From Bacillota bacterium (GTDB lineage Bacteria; Bacillota; Clostridia; Acetivibrionales; DTU013): DNA of 64,000 nucleotides. Numbering within the stretch: position 1 is the stretch's first letter; each line of letters opens with the position of its first letter. Location of the stretch: contig JAEZCA010000035.1 of assembly GCA_023412665.1 (NCBI GenBank), forward strand, positions 136,633 to 200,632. Direction: 5' to 3'. The position numbers and the translations under genes were made by a program. Below are positions 9,001 through 19,713 of this stretch, piece after piece. The notes beneath the pieces were generated by a model. It was not told the origin of the DNA. It saw only the letters and a program-made list of their open reading frames with translations, and did no database searches.

Positions 9001-10215
9001 ATGTCAATCAGCGAAGAAAGAATGATGATACTCAAGATGCTGCAGGAAGGCAGGATCAACAGCGACGAAGCAGCAAAGCTTCTCGAGGCCCTCGAAGCAA
9101 AGCAGGGTCCCCAGAATGCAGGCTTCAAAGGCTTCAATATCCCGAAGCCCCCGCCGCACAACTATTACGATGAAGTGACCAGAGTCAGGGAAAGGATCAA
9201 TGATTGGAGAAAAGACCTTTCAAAAAATTACAACCAGAATGACTTTGACAAAATGGTCGACGAATTCAGCGCAAAGGCGGAGAAGTTCGGAAAGAACGTC
9301 GCCACAGCAGCCTTCGGTGTTGCCGACAAGGTAGTGGATTTTGTGGGAAGTATCGTTGACACAGGCGCTTTCAATATCTTCGGCAGCTGCGTAACTGTCG
9401 AAAAGGATTTTGAAGCTGCAGCAGCAGAGGGAATGAACCTTCAGCTTCAGGCGACAAACGGTCAGATCACTATCAAAAAGCACCAGGAAGACAGAATACT
9501 TATTAAGGCAAAGATCCGCACACCGCAAGCTAACGCCGAGAGCGCAATAGTCTTCTCAAATGACAACGGAACTGTTGCAGTCAAGCTCGCAAAGCCTGAT
9601 ACTTACAATCTCAGCGTTGCATATGAAGTGCTCGTACCGGTAGTGAAGTTCAACCAGATAGTTCTTGAAACAAAGAACAGCAAAATATACGTTGAGGATA
9701 CTCTTTCCGAGGAGTTTGTCAGCGCAACAAGAAATGCAGCCATCGACCTGACAGGCGTCAACAGCAGCAAGATAGCTGTTGAGACAAAGAATGCCAAGGT
9801 TGCTGTCAATTATATGATCGGCAAGGATATCAGCATCGGCACAACAAACTCGGTGATAGACATCAAGAATCTCAAGGCAGAGAAGCTCACAGCCGGTACC
9901 ATGAACGGAAAGATCCTTCTCGACAATATTCAGGGCTATGATGACACAAGTGCAGTCGAACTCAACCTCAAGACCGGGAACGCTGATATCAAGGTAAACA
10001 TGAACGATACCGAGGATAAGGGCTACAAGGTCAAGGCACAGACCTCCAACGGAGGCATCAACCTGCTGATACCCAGCCTTCTGTACCGCAGCGCTCCAAG
10101 ATACGAGGGCATGAACAGGCAGGCTGAGGCCGAGACCGACAACTACGCATCAGCAGCCCAGAAGGTCAATATAAACGCAGAGACCACAAACGGTTATATC
10201 GAAGTGATCAAATAA
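9001..10215 (+). CDS. DUF4097-like beta-rich protein with SHOCT-like N-terminal helix
   Basis: The N-terminus ERMMILKMLQEGRINSDEAAKLLEAL resembles the C-terminus of the upstream gene product. The C-terminal half has repetitive beta-strand units (IxVxTxNxxI). GGGAGG SD. Confidence 0.7.
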   Translation: MSISEERMMILKMLQEGRINSDEAAKLLEALEAKQGPQNAGFKGFNIPKPPPHNYYDEVTRVRERINDWRKDLSKNYNQNDFDKMVDEFSAKAEKFGKNVATAAFGVADKVVDFVGSIVDTGAFNIFGSCVTVEKDFEAAAAEGMNLQLQATNGQITIKKHQEDRILIKAKIRTPQANAESAIVFSNDNGTVAVKLAKPDTYNLSVAYEVLVPVVKFNQIVLETKNSKIYVEDTLSEEFVSATRNAAIDLTGVNSSKIAVETKNAKVAVNYMIGKDISIGTTNSVIDIKNLKAEKLTAGTMNGKILLDNIQGYDDTSAVELNLKTGNADIKVNMNDTEDKGYKVKAQTSNGGINLLIPSLLYRSAPRYEGMNRQAEAETDNYASAAQKVNINAETTNGYIEVIK

Positions 10216-10271
10216 TATTATTGGAATACATCCCCTCCATAAAGGTTGTTTGATCACATAACATATACTTC

Positions 10272-10317
10272 AAAAAACAGGCTGAAGCAGTTAAAACTGC
10301 TTTGGCCTGTTTTTTTG
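10272..10317 (+). terminator. Intrinsic terminator
   Basis: AAAAAACAGGC...GCCTGTTTTTTT with an internal CTGAAGCAG/CTGCTTTGG extension. Confidence 0.8.
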
Positions 10318-10386
10318 GCCACCCTAGATTATGCTTTTGATGTATGCTATAATTAAACACCGATAATTCTAGTAATGAGGTGCTAT

Positions 10387-11466
10387 ATGTTTGATAAACT
10401 CGAAGCCGCGGACAACAGGTATGAGGAAGTCAGCCTCAGACTCAGCGATCCACAGGTGATCGCCGATCAGGACGAGTACCGCAGGCTTATGAAGGAATAT
10501 TCCGAGCTCGAAGAGATTGTAGCTAAATATCGTGAATATAAAAATGTAAAATCAGATGCAGCCGAGGCCAGAGAATTGCTTGAAGGCACTCTGGACAAGG
10601 ACTTCCGCGAGCTGGTTCAGCTGGAGTTCGACGAAGCAAGGGAAAAGCTTGAAGTGATAGAAAACGAGCTGAAGATACTGCTAATGCCAAAGGACCCCAA
10701 CGACAACAGAAGCGTTATCGTTGAAATCAGAGGCGGTGCAGGCGGAGAAGAAGCCGCTCTGTTTGCCGGCGACCTATTCAGGATGTATACACGCTATGGC
10801 GAAAGACATCGCTGGAAATCTGAGATACTCGATATCAATGAAACAGAAATAGGCGGTATCAAGGAAGTTGTGTTTTCCATAGAAGCACGTGGTGCGTATA
10901 GCAGATTAAAATACGAGAGCGGCGTGCACCGGGTCCAGCGTGTACCCTCCACAGAGTCCAGCGGCAGGATCCACACTTCCACTGTCACAGTGGCTGTCCT
11001 CCCGGAGGTGGACGAAGTTGATGTGGATATAAACCCAAATGATCTGCAAATAGACACATACCGTGCGTCAGGCGCAGGAGGCCAGCATATTAATAAAACT
11101 GACTCCGCCATCAGGTTGACCCATATGCCAACAGGTATTGTAGTAACCTGTCAGGACCAGCGTTCGCAGCACAAAAACAAGGACAAGGCCATGAAGATAC
11201 TGCGATCCAAGCTATATGAAATGGCTCAGCAGCAGCAGTCCTCCGAAATAGCTGCGGCACGAAAGAGCCAGGTCGGCACAGGAGACAGAAGCGAGCGCAT
11301 CCGAACCTACAATTTTCCGCAGGGCAGAGTCTCTGACCACAGGATAGGCCTTACGCTTTACAAGATAGAAGAGATAATGGACGGAGACCTTGATGATATC
11401 CTGGATGCGCTGATCACGGCAGACCAGTCGGAAAGACTGGGCAGTGCGGCTTATGACGAGGATTGA
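10387..11466 (+). CDS. prfA: Peptide chain release factor 1
   Basis: GGQ motif ([11 protein letters not shown]) and the RF1-type PST tripeptide (RVPSTES). Start is at the MFDKLE ATG. Confidence 0.95.
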   Translation: MFDKLEAADNRYEEVSLRLSDPQVIADQDEYRRLMKEYSELEEIVAKYREYKNVKSDAAEARELLEGTLDKDFRELVQLEFDEAREKLEVIENELKILLMPKDPNDNRSVIVEIRGGAGGEEAALFAGDLFRMYTRYGERHRWKSEILDINETEIGGIKEVVFSIEARGAYSRLKYESGVHRVQRVPSTESSGRIHTSTVTVAVLPEVDEVDVDINPNDLQIDTYRASGAGGQHINKTDSAIRLTHMPTGIVVTCQDQRSQHKNKDKAMKILRSKLYEMAQQQQSSEIAAARKSQVGTGDRSERIRTYNFPQGRVSDHRIGLTLYKIEEIMDGDLDDILDALITADQSERLGSAAYDED

Positions 11467-11547
11467 GGTAATAGCTCTCCGTCCGGCGACCCGGCAGGAT
11501 CAGGAGCTGCCGTAATCCCGGAAAAATAATAATCAAAGCCTTCCCTG

Positions 11548-11579
11548 AATATACATGTTAGTGTTTTAGAATGTATATT
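11548..11579. promoter_or_regulatory. 9-bp perfect inverted repeat upstream of the ZIP transporter (candidate metalloregulator operator)
   Basis: AATATACAT - 14 nt - ATGTATATT, ending 19 nt before the 11598 start. Confidence 0.3.
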
Positions 11580-11597
11580 TGGCACATGGAGGGCTTT

Positions 11598-12335
11598 ATG
11601 GGACACCTGCTGCGAATAACCCTGGTGGGATTGGTATCGGGACTGGTCGGGACTGGTCTGGGCGGACTGTCGGCGTTTTTGATATCAAAGACAAGCAATC
11701 GGATAATGAGTTCGATACTGGAATTCTCCGCCGGCCTTATGACTGCAGTGGTTTGCTTTGAGCTGCTGCCGGAGGCGTTCAAGCTTGGAGGCACCTTCTA
11801 CACCTTTGCCGGTATCCTTGCAGGTATCGTTGTTGTTGTCCTGATAGAAAATCTTTTGAAAAAATCCCGATTTATCGGAAAAGGTGAAAACACCGGACTG
11901 CTCAAAGCCGGCATCCTTATGGCCATCGCCATAGCAATGCACAACTTCCCCGAGGGCTTTGCAGTAGGCTCGGGTTTTGAAGCCTCATCAAGCCTTGGAT
12001 TTACTATAACCGCAGTAATAATCATTCACGATATACCAGAGGGCATAGCCATGGCCGTCCCAATGCGCGCAGGCGGATTTTCGAGGCTGAAGGCCTTCGG
12101 ATATACATTGCTTTCAGGTGTCCCGATGGGTTTTGGCGCACTCCTGGGCGCGATGCTGGGCACGATCTCCGACCGGCTTACAGCCGCCTGTCTCGGATTC
12201 GCAGGCGGAGCCATGCTGTACATAATATATGGAGAGCTTGTTCCGGAATCAAAGCGTCTATATTTAGGAAGATTATCTTCTTTGGCGAATGTATGGGGAA
12301 TATTATGTGGTATAATAGTATCAGTCTTGAACTAA
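11598..12335 (+). CDS. ZIP family metal (zinc) transporter
   Basis: Polytopic protein with HNFPEGFAVG and IHDIPEGIAMAVP motifs typical of ZupT/ZIP. Start ATG 11598 lies behind a GGAGGG SD. Confidence 0.85.
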   Translation: MGHLLRITLVGLVSGLVGTGLGGLSAFLISKTSNRIMSSILEFSAGLMTAVVCFELLPEAFKLGGTFYTFAGILAGIVVVVLIENLLKKSRFIGKGENTGLLKAGILMAIAIAMHNFPEGFAVGSGFEASSSLGFTITAVIIIHDIPEGIAMAVPMRAGGFSRLKAFGYTLLSGVPMGFGALLGAMLGTISDRLTAACLGFAGGAMLYIIYGELVPESKRLYLGRLSSLANVWGILCGIIVSVLN

Positions 12336-12362
12336 ATGACATGCAAAAAGGGAGTACATATT

Positions 12363-13427
12363 TTGAAGACAGAAATAATCAAAGTAGACACAGCTGCCCA
12401 GGATTGGGACAAGCAGCTTGACTACGCAGCTCAGGTATTAAGATCCGGGGGGTTGGTGGCCTTTCCGACTGAAACCGTATATGGTCTGGGGGCCAATGCA
12501 CTGGATCAGACGGCTGTCAAAGGCATTTACAAGGCAAAGGGCCGCCCTTCTGATAACCCGCTGATAGTTCATATAACAAACACTGATTCTGTAAAGGAAC
12601 TGACAGACAGTATCCCATTTGTTGCGCCTGTGCTCATGGAAGCCTTTTGGCCGGGACCGCTGACGCTTGTAATGCCAAGATCGAAGAATGTTCCCGACGT
12701 TATTACAGCAGGCCTTGATACGGTAGCAATAAGAATGCCCTCGCATCCTATCGCGGCTGCATTGATCAAAAAGGCAGGCGTACCTGTCGCCGCTCCGAGC
12801 GCCAACAGCTCCGGCAGGCCAAGCCCGACTCTGGCAAAGCATGTGATCGAGGACCTTAAAGGCAAGGTCGATGTAATCATCGACGGAGGTATCTCAAAGG
12901 TCGGCGTGGAATCAACGGTACTGGATATAACTGTCACTCCACCGATGATACTAAGACCCGGAGGAGTAACCCTGGAACAGCTGCGCAGCGTACTGGGCGC
13001 TGTCAGCTGGGACCATGCGTCCCACTGTACATCCCATGCCGCTCCAAGATCACCGGGCATGAAATACAAGCACTACTCCCCTAAAGCAGCGCTTCTTCTG
13101 CTCCAGGGCAGTCCCGAACGAGTGGCCGCCGAGATAAGCAAAAGAGCAGAACTTTACCACAAGGAAGGCTCCTCTATCGGAATACTCAATACCGATGAGA
13201 CAGCCTCCCTCTATGAGCCCTCCCTGCACACCTACTGCAAGATCATGTCCCTTGGGAGCAGAGAGAACCCGGAGACACTGGCGTCTAATCTCTTCCGTTG
13301 CTTAAGGGAGTTCGACGAAAAGGCAGTAGAGATGATAATGGCGGAGACACCCGATACAGGCGGCATCGGACAAGCAGTAATTAACCGGCTGATGAAAGCG
13401 GCCGGAGGAAATATCATAAAGCTATGA
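12363..13427 (+). CDS. tsaC: L-threonylcarbamoyladenylate synthase (Sua5/YwlC long form)
   Basis: YrdC-domain motif VAFPTETVYGLGANA plus a C-terminal Sua5 domain. TTG 12363 behind an AAGGGAG SD is preferred; the in-frame ATG at 12336 has no SD. Confidence 0.85.
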   Translation: MKTEIIKVDTAAQDWDKQLDYAAQVLRSGGLVAFPTETVYGLGANALDQTAVKGIYKAKGRPSDNPLIVHITNTDSVKELTDSIPFVAPVLMEAFWPGPLTLVMPRSKNVPDVITAGLDTVAIRMPSHPIAAALIKKAGVPVAAPSANSSGRPSPTLAKHVIEDLKGKVDVIIDGGISKVGVESTVLDITVTPPMILRPGGVTLEQLRSVLGAVSWDHASHCTSHAAPRSPGMKYKHYSPKAALLLLQGSPERVAAEISKRAELYHKEGSSIGILNTDETASLYEPSLHTYCKIMSLGSRENPETLASNLFRCLREFDEKAVEMIMAETPDTGGIGQAVINRLMKAAGGNIIKL

Positions 13428-13436
13428 GGAGAAATA

Positions 13437-13898
13437 ATGAAACGGATATTGTTCGTATGTACAGGCAATACCTGCAGAAGCCCGATGGCAGAAGCCCTGT
13501 TCAACCGTCTGGCAGTCCTCGAGCTGCAAGGCCATGGATATGAAGCAGTGTCTGCCGGACTTTCTACAATGGACGGTATCCCTGCAAGCGGAAATGCAGT
13601 CAAGGCAATGGACAGCTATCCCGGTGCAGACCTGTCGCGCCATCGTTCAAGGCTGTTGAGGTGTGATGATATCGAAAATGCGTTCCTTGTACTTACAATG
13701 TGCCGCAGCCACAAGCAGCACATACTTTCGATGTATCCTGAAGCGTATCAAAAGGTTTACACATTGAAAGAATATGCATATGGTATGGAAGTCGATATAA
13801 AAGATCCCATTGGAGGCGGCGAATCAGTATACAGGCAAAGCGCGGATGAAATCGGACAGGCAGTCGAAAAACTTGTAGAAAAACTCAAATTTATGTGA
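13437..13898 (+). CDS. Low-molecular-weight protein phosphatase (YwlE-like Arg/Tyr phosphatase)
   Basis: CX5R P-loop ILFVCTGNTCRSPMAEA and a GAGGAG SD. It sits between sua5 and rpiB, as in the Bacillus ywl region. Confidence 0.88.
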   Translation: MKRILFVCTGNTCRSPMAEALFNRLAVLELQGHGYEAVSAGLSTMDGIPASGNAVKAMDSYPGADLSRHRSRLLRCDDIENAFLVLTMCRSHKQHILSMYPEAYQKVYTLKEYAYGMEVDIKDPIGGGESVYRQSADEIGQAVEKLVEKLKFM

Positions 13899-13954
13899 TA
13901 CAGCTTTGACTTTAGTATATCAATATTATAAAATTGTAACGGAGGCTTATAACA

Positions 13955-14413
13955 ATGTTGGCAATCGCAAGCGATCATGCAGGCTTTGACCTGAAAACCG
14001 AAGTAATAAACCATTTGAAAGAGATCAACGTCCCGTTCGAGGACCTTGGCACATGTGACTGCACCACTTCCGTCGATTATAACGACTTTGGGCAGAAGGT
14101 TGCGGAATCAGTAGCTGCCGGAACACACGAACGCGGTATAATAATATGCGGTACAGGTATCGGGATTTCTATATCAGCAAATAAAGTACCCGGTATACGG
14201 GCCGCTCTTTGCACAGATCCATACATGGCCAGAATGAGCCGGGAGCACAATGACGCAAATGTGCTGGCATTGGGTGGCAGAGTATTGGGCGTTGGCCTTG
14301 CGATCGACATAGTCGATACATGGCTGAACGCTTCTTTTTTAGGCGGTCGTCACCAGAGAAGAGTGGACAAGTTTGGAGATATTGAGAAAAAATATTCAAT
14401 AAAAAATACATAA
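13955..14413 (+). CDS. rpiB: Ribose-5-phosphate isomerase B
   Basis: RpiB/LacAB signature [15 protein letters not shown], 152 aa. Confidence 0.9.
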   Translation: MLAIASDHAGFDLKTEVINHLKEINVPFEDLGTCDCTTSVDYNDFGQKVAESVAAGTHERGIIICGTGIGISISANKVPGIRAALCTDPYMARMSREHNDANVLALGGRVLGVGLAIDIVDTWLNASFLGGRHQRRVDKFGDIEKKYSIKNT

Positions 14414-14429
14414 ATCGGAGGTACAGCAT

Positions 14430-15059
14430 ATGGAAAAAGTTTTTATATTTGATCACCCGCTGATCCAACACAAAATTTCCTTGTTGAGGGATAAAAACAC
14501 AAGCACCAAGGAGTTCAGGGAACTGGTATCAGAGATTGCAATGCTTATGGGCTATGAGGTCACCAGAAACATGCCCTTAAAGGAAGTAGAGATAGAAACA
14601 CCTGTGGCTGTTGCCAAAACAAAGGTCATATCGGGCAAAAAGCTCGGCATAGTACCGATACTCAGAGCCGGTCTTGGAATGGTGGATGGCATGCTGAACC
14701 TTCTGCCAATGGCTAAGGTCGGACATATCGGGCTTTACCGCGATCCGGAAACACTGGAGCCTGTTGAGTATTACTGCAAGCTGCCTGTCGACGCAGAAGA
14801 GCGCGAGATCGTAGTTCTCGATCCAATGCTCGCTACAGGCGGATCCGCATCAGCAGCAATAAGGTTCATAAAGGAAAGAGGCGTCACAAGCATAAAGCTT
14901 ATGTGCCTGATAGCCGCTAAATCAGGGATAGAAAGGATCAATAAGGATCATCCCGATGTTGAGATCTACTGCGCAGCAGTCGATGAAAAGCTCAACGACC
15001 ACGGCTATATCGTTCCCGGCCTCGGCGATGCCGGCGACCGTCTTTTCGGCACCAAATAG
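14430..15059 (+). CDS. upp: Uracil phosphoribosyltransferase
   Basis: PRPP-binding motif [12 protein letters not shown] and the C-terminal [17 protein letters not shown]. Confidence 0.95.
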   Translation: MEKVFIFDHPLIQHKISLLRDKNTSTKEFRELVSEIAMLMGYEVTRNMPLKEVEIETPVAVAKTKVISGKKLGIVPILRAGLGMVDGMLNLLPMAKVGHIGLYRDPETLEPVEYYCKLPVDAEEREIVVLDPMLATGGSASAAIRFIKERGVTSIKLMCLIAAKSGIERINKDHPDVEIYCAAVDEKLNDHGYIVPGLGDAGDRLFGTK

Positions 15060-15158
15060 AAACAAGGGGACGGTTCATATGCTTCCGTCTGAAGCAGAGG
15101 GACAGTCCCTCCCATATACTTGGGGGATCAGGATATAATAAGTTTGGGAGGCATCACT

Positions 15159-15596
15159 ATGAGACCGTCGTGGGATGAATATTTCATGGAGATCGTTGAG
15201 TTGATCAAAACAAGATCGACCTGTCTCAGACGTCAGGTAGGAGCATTGATCGTAAAGGAGAAGCGTATACTCGCCACCGGCTACAATGGAGCTCCAACAG
15301 GCTGTAAGCATTGCTCCGAGGTCGGCTGCCTCCGGGAAGAGCTGAAGATACCGTCAGGCCAGCGCCACGAGCTCTGCAGGGCTATACATGCCGAGCAGAA
15401 CGCCCTTGTGCAGGCCGCATATTCGGGGACAAGCGTAAAGGAAGGCACCATGTATGTAACACATCAGCCTTGTGTTCTGTGTGCCAAGATGGCCATCAAT
15501 GCAGGAATCAAAAAAATCGTATTCAGAGGCGATTACCCGGATGAACTGGCCATGGAGCTGCTGAAGGAAGCCGGAGTAAGGGTAGTCAAAATATAG
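15159..15596 (+). CDS. comEB: dCMP deaminase (ComEB-type)
   Basis: Zinc motifs HAEQNA and PCVLCAKM. Start ATG 15159 lies behind a GGGAGG SD. Confidence 0.88.
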   Translation: MRPSWDEYFMEIVELIKTRSTCLRRQVGALIVKEKRILATGYNGAPTGCKHCSEVGCLREELKIPSGQRHELCRAIHAEQNALVQAAYSGTSVKEGTMYVTHQPCVLCAKMAINAGIKKIVFRGDYPDELAMELLKEAGVRVVKI

Positions 15597-15610
15597 GCAG
15601 GTGTGTCCGA

Positions 15611-16771
15611 TTGTCATACATTTATGAATATATAATAACATTCGCACTGGCGTTCATAGTAGCATTTTCAGCAACTCCGATAGTAAGAAGACTCGCCTTC
15701 AAGGTGGGCGGCGTCGACATACCCAAGGACAACCGCAGGATGCATAAAAAGCCCATCGCTCTGATGGGTGGATTGGCAATTATCTGCGGCTTTGTTGTTT
15801 CACTTGGATTCGATCTGCTGACCACTTCAAACATAGTAACGCCGGGCAGAGAGATCGCCGGGCTCATGACAGGCATAGCTGTGATCATGCTCATGGGTGT
15901 CCTTGATGATACAAGAACCCTGAAGGCTTGGGTTAAGCTGGCCTTTCAGATATTGGCCGCAGCATGTGTAGTAGCAATCTCAGGAACACGGATTTCGGTA
16001 CTGACCAATCCATTTGGAGCTGACCCGTATTTGGAGCTCAGCCCGTATATATCTATTCCACTGACCATAATGTGGATAGTGGGCATAACTAATGCAATAA
16101 ACCTTATTGACGGGCTGGACGGGCTGGCTGCAGGCGTATCCTCCATATCCTCCCTGTCGCTGTTCTTTGTCTCCATACTCAGGGCAGATCTCGACCCGTC
16201 AATAGCAATATATACCGCGCTGGTCACAGCGGCGCTGGCCGGCTCCACGCTTGGCTTCCTGCCATTCAACTTCAATCCTGCGAAGATATTTATGGGAGAA
16301 ACAGGTGCGGCATTCCTCGGATTCACACTCGGAGTCATATCGATACAGGGCGCAATGAAATCATATACCGCCATATCGATAGCAATACCTCTGCTGGTAT
16401 TGGGATTGCCGCTGTTTGATACACTATTTGCAATAACCAGGCGAGTCCTGGCGCGCAAATCGATAATGCAGGCAGACAGAGGACATCTGCACCATAGACT
16501 CATCGACATGGGCCTGAGCCAAAGGCAGTCGGTCCTGATTATGTACATCGCCAGCGCATCTCTCGGTCTGTGTGCCATCGTACTGGCGGACCGTGGCGCA
16601 CTGAGTGCGATAATACTGCTGCTAGCCGTAGCGGTATTTGTAATAGGTGGCACAAAGTATATGAGTGACCGCGAACCAGAGGATAATGGCATGACGGACG
16701 AAGGTACGGCTGCAAACCCGGCCCTGCCGGAGAATGAAATAGAAAAACCGACTGATGGGGTAACGAAATGA
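15611..16771 (+). CDS. MraY/WecA-family glycosyltransferase (UDP-GlcNAc:undecaprenyl-P GlcNAc-1-P transferase, TagO-like)
   Basis: Polytopic protein with the NAINLIDGLDGLA motif. TTG start. 4-nt overlap with wecB. Confidence 0.85.
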   Translation: MSYIYEYIITFALAFIVAFSATPIVRRLAFKVGGVDIPKDNRRMHKKPIALMGGLAIICGFVVSLGFDLLTTSNIVTPGREIAGLMTGIAVIMLMGVLDDTRTLKAWVKLAFQILAAACVVAISGTRISVLTNPFGADPYLELSPYISIPLTIMWIVGITNAINLIDGLDGLAAGVSSISSLSLFFVSILRADLDPSIAIYTALVTAALAGSTLGFLPFNFNPAKIFMGETGAAFLGFTLGVISIQGAMKSYTAISIAIPLLVLGLPLFDTLFAITRRVLARKSIMQADRGHLHHRLIDMGLSQRQSVLIMYIASASLGLCAIVLADRGALSAIILLLAVAVFVIGGTKYMSDREPEDNGMTDEGTAANPALPENEIEKPTDGVTK

Positions 16772-17913
16772 AGAGGTTAAAAGTAATGCCGATTTTTGGC
16801 GCCAGACCAGACGCCGTTAAAATGGCGCCGCTGGTAAAAGAGCTTCAAAACTGCCGTGAAATCGACACTGTAGTATGTACAACGGCTCAGCACAGGCAAA
16901 TGCTGGACCAGGTCCTGGATGTTTTCCGGATAAAGCCCGAGTATGATCTGGATATAATGCTTCAAAGGCAGACACTGGAACAGATCACCTCAAGAGCTCT
17001 CGAAAGGCTCTCAGCTGTATTCGCAGATGAAAAACCGGATATAGTGCTCGTCCACGGCGATACCTCTACCTGCTTCGTTTCTTCACTGGCGGCCTTCTAT
17101 AAAAAAATATCCGTGGGCCATGTAGAAGCCGGCCTCAGAACCTTTGACAAATACTCACCGTATCCGGAGGAGATGAACAGGAAGCTCACCGGTGCTCTGG
17201 CAGATCTGCATTTTGCTCCTACTGCGGCAAACATGACAAATCTCCTCAATGAGGGAATAAAGCCGGAAAGGATATATGTCACCGGAAACACAGTTATAGA
17301 TGCAATGAGGACAACAGTACAAAATGACTATGTTTTTCAGAGTGAAGCTCTCAGAAGCATCAATATAAAGGGCAAACGCGTGATCGCTATGACGGCGCAC
17401 AGGCGGGAAAACCTGGGAGAGCCTCTTGAACAGATATGTATGGCTGTAAAGGACATTGCTGACAGCTATGACGATGTAAGCATAATTTATGCCGTACATC
17501 TTAACCCGGCTGTAAGGGAAACAGCCTTTAAGATTCTTGGAAACCACCCCCGCATACATCTGATCGATCCTTTGGATGTACAGGATATGCACAATCTGAT
17601 GAATATATCGTACATAGTAATGACCGATTCTGGAGGCCTTCAGGAGGAGGCTCCGTCTCTGGGCAAGCCGGTACTGGTCCTGCGGAAGGAAACCGAGCGT
17701 CCGGAGGCAGTGACAGCCGGCACTGTAAAGCTGGCGGGAGTTGAACGTGACACCATAAGGCAGCTTGCGGCCCAACTGCTGGAGGATCCCATGGAATACG
17801 ACAAAATGGCCAAAGCCGTTAACCCTTATGGAGACGGCAAAGCCTCGGAACGAATAGTAAAGGCACTTCTGTATGAGTATGGTATATCAAAAGAAAAACC
17901 GGCTGAATTTTAG
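16768..17913 (+). CDS. wecB: UDP-N-acetylglucosamine 2-epimerase (non-hydrolysing)
   Basis: MPIFGARPDAVKMAPL, HVEAGLRT and DSGGLQEEAPSLGKPVLVLR. Confidence 0.93.
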   Translation: MKRLKVMPIFGARPDAVKMAPLVKELQNCREIDTVVCTTAQHRQMLDQVLDVFRIKPEYDLDIMLQRQTLEQITSRALERLSAVFADEKPDIVLVHGDTSTCFVSSLAAFYKKISVGHVEAGLRTFDKYSPYPEEMNRKLTGALADLHFAPTAANMTNLLNEGIKPERIYVTGNTVIDAMRTTVQNDYVFQSEALRSINIKGKRVIAMTAHRRENLGEPLEQICMAVKDIADSYDDVSIIYAVHLNPAVRETAFKILGNHPRIHLIDPLDVQDMHNLMNISYIVMTDSGGLQEEAPSLGKPVLVLRKETERPEAVTAGTVKLAGVERDTIRQLAAQLLEDPMEYDKMAKAVNPYGDGKASERIVKALLYEYGISKEKPAEF

Positions 17914-17929
17914 CCGGTTTTATTTTTTG
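17895..17929 (+). terminator. Intrinsic terminator overlapping the wecB stop
   Basis: AAAACCGGCT-GAATTTT-AGCCGGTTTT followed by ATTTTTT. Confidence 0.8.
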
Positions 17930-17945
17930 CTCTAGCATTGCGCTT

Positions 17946-18788
17946 TTATTTACTCTCGTCTGTGTCACCAGAACTGTCTGCATCAGTCTGACCACTCTTC
18001 ACGTGCTCATGATTGTAAAGATGGTCCATGCAATATTCGTAGTCACCCTCACAATCCACACAATACCTGAAATCCATCTTCCTGTCTTCGACATCCGTTT
18101 TGCCGCATACCGTACAGCGATGCATCACATGTATCTTTGGAATCTTTGATTTGAAGTCCTGTCTGTTCTTCTGTGCCTTCTGCCTGAATCTCAGCTTATA
18201 ATATACATCCTTCCAGAAAAACAGTATGAAATTCAGAGCTGAGCCCAGGACCGTTATCAGTCCGTAGACCGGCGAGAGGCCAAAGTTGAACACAAGGAAC
18301 GCTGCATAGATTATGGCCAGGTATTTGATCTTGACCGGTACGAAGAAAAACAGCATCATCTCATAGTTCGGGAACAGGAATGCAAATGCAAATATCAGTG
18401 AAAGGTTAAGGTACTCTGCCGTTCCCGCGCCCCCTAAGAAAGCTCCTGCTATAGTTCCAAGCACTCCTACCAGGTAATATACGTTGAACTTGAAGGAACC
18501 CCACTCATTCTCCAGAGTCGAACCTATCATATAGTAAAAATAAAGCGTGAACAAAATCCATATAGGTGAAAAATTCATGGGTATGAACAGGAAGGTCAGA
18601 AGTCTCCAGACCTCGCCCTCCAAAACAAGGGATGGTACAAGCGCCAGCTTGTTCAGTATATTTAGTTCAGGGACCAAAAATGAAAGAAGGAACACGGCGC
18701 CATTCAGCGTGGTTATATAAAGCATCAGGTTTCTGATACTGTATTTGCCTATCTTTCTTTCAAGCCTGTCAAGCCACAACTGTACCAC
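17946..18788 (-). CDS. Rhomboid-like polytopic membrane protein with C-terminal Cys-rich zinc ribbon
   Basis: Six or more TM segments and a WRLLT motif typical of rhomboids, but the catalytic GxSG/His is not evident. The C-terminus has CTVCGKT...CVDCEGDYEYC. Confidence 0.6.
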   Translation of the reverse strand: MVQLWLDRLERKIGKYSIRNLMLYITTLNGAVFLLSFLVPELNILNKLALVPSLVLEGEVWRLLTFLFIPMNFSPIWILFTLYFYYMIGSTLENEWGSFKFNVYYLVGVLGTIAGAFLGGAGTAEYLNLSLIFAFAFLFPNYEMMLFFFVPVKIKYLAIIYAAFLVFNFGLSPVYGLITVLGSALNFILFFWKDVYYKLRFRQKAQKNRQDFKSKIPKIHVMHRCTVCGKTDVEDRKMDFRYCVDCEGDYEYCMDHLYNHEHVKSGQTDADSSGDTDESK

Positions 18789-18827
18789 CCTCCATCAAAC
18801 ATCATCATTCGTTTATCATGCACTTAA

Positions 18828-19589
18828 TTAATAATTATACTCCTCCTGCCCGGGATTATAAAGGTTTAATTCGGAAAGACTGCACATTCCGTTCTCGATC
18901 GCGTTCTGTCTCAGTGTAAGGTACAGCTCGGCATGTGTGGCATCATCGTAAGGGCGCACAAATAAAACACCTATTCCCAGGCATAATGCACCGAGAAAAT
19001 ACCATCCCAGGAATGATAATTGAAGCACAAACATATCAAACTTATGGCCGCGGGTCATGTTATCACTGAGCTCGATAGCCCTTTTTGCCCCAATATTGGG
19101 GTTGTCGGCAAGGATATAAGGCACCATGCTGTACGCATACCCCTTTATTATGCCGGGAATTATCAGCAGCAATGACCACAGGAAAACATACAGATTCTTG
19201 AGAAACATCGTACCCACGATGCCCTTCCAATTGTAGCCATCAAACGCGTATCTGAAGCATTCCCTGTTATCAAAGTACTGTGCCGACTGGATAAAATACC
19301 TCCTGCCTCCTACCTGCAACGGATTCAGAAGCAATATCTGTACTGCTATTGCTACTACAAGCGCAACTGAAAATGCTCCTAAAATCAGCATTATTATACC
19401 GGCCATTTCAGAAGAACTAAAATATGAACCGGTGTAATCTGAGAAACTATCTGACCCCGATCTTCCGCCGCCACCGCCGCCTGATCCTCCCGTTGTCAAT
19501 CCAATAACCAAGCTTATGAGAAACGCCTTCCAATAGTTGCCTCTCAGGACATTTTTAGCTCTTTCCTTTAGTTCTCCCCTTGTCCACAT
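18828..19589 (-). CDS. DUF975 family membrane protein
   Basis: The N-terminus MWTRGELKERAKNVLRGNYWKAFL is typical of DUF975. A glycine-rich loop and 4-5 TM segments follow. Confidence 0.75.
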   Translation of the reverse strand: MWTRGELKERAKNVLRGNYWKAFLISLVIGLTTGGSGGGGGGRSGSDSFSDYTGSYFSSSEMAGIIMLILGAFSVALVVAIAVQILLLNPLQVGGRRYFIQSAQYFDNRECFRYAFDGYNWKGIVGTMFLKNLYVFLWSLLLIIPGIIKGYAYSMVPYILADNPNIGAKRAIELSDNMTRGHKFDMFVLQLSFLGWYFLGALCLGIGVLFVRPYDDATHAELYLTLRQNAIENGMCSLSELNLYNPGQEEYNY

Positions 19590-19713
19590 AGCTAAACCCC
19601 CGCTTTCAAAAAATAAACAATTAAAATAACATCATATATTCGATTATACAAAAGTATACCGAATAAATAAAGGATTTGTCTGCGAGGGTAGAAAATCCCG
19701 GTTTTACTGCACC

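Noticed and set aside
15946-16692. 248-aa minus-strand ORF
   Set aside because: It is an antisense shadow of the WecA/TagO-like gene. The same reasoning applies to 17155..17775 inside wecB, 36718..37344 and 37777..38262 inside helD, 45755..46363 opposite the GNAT genes, and 12569..13069 inside tsaC.
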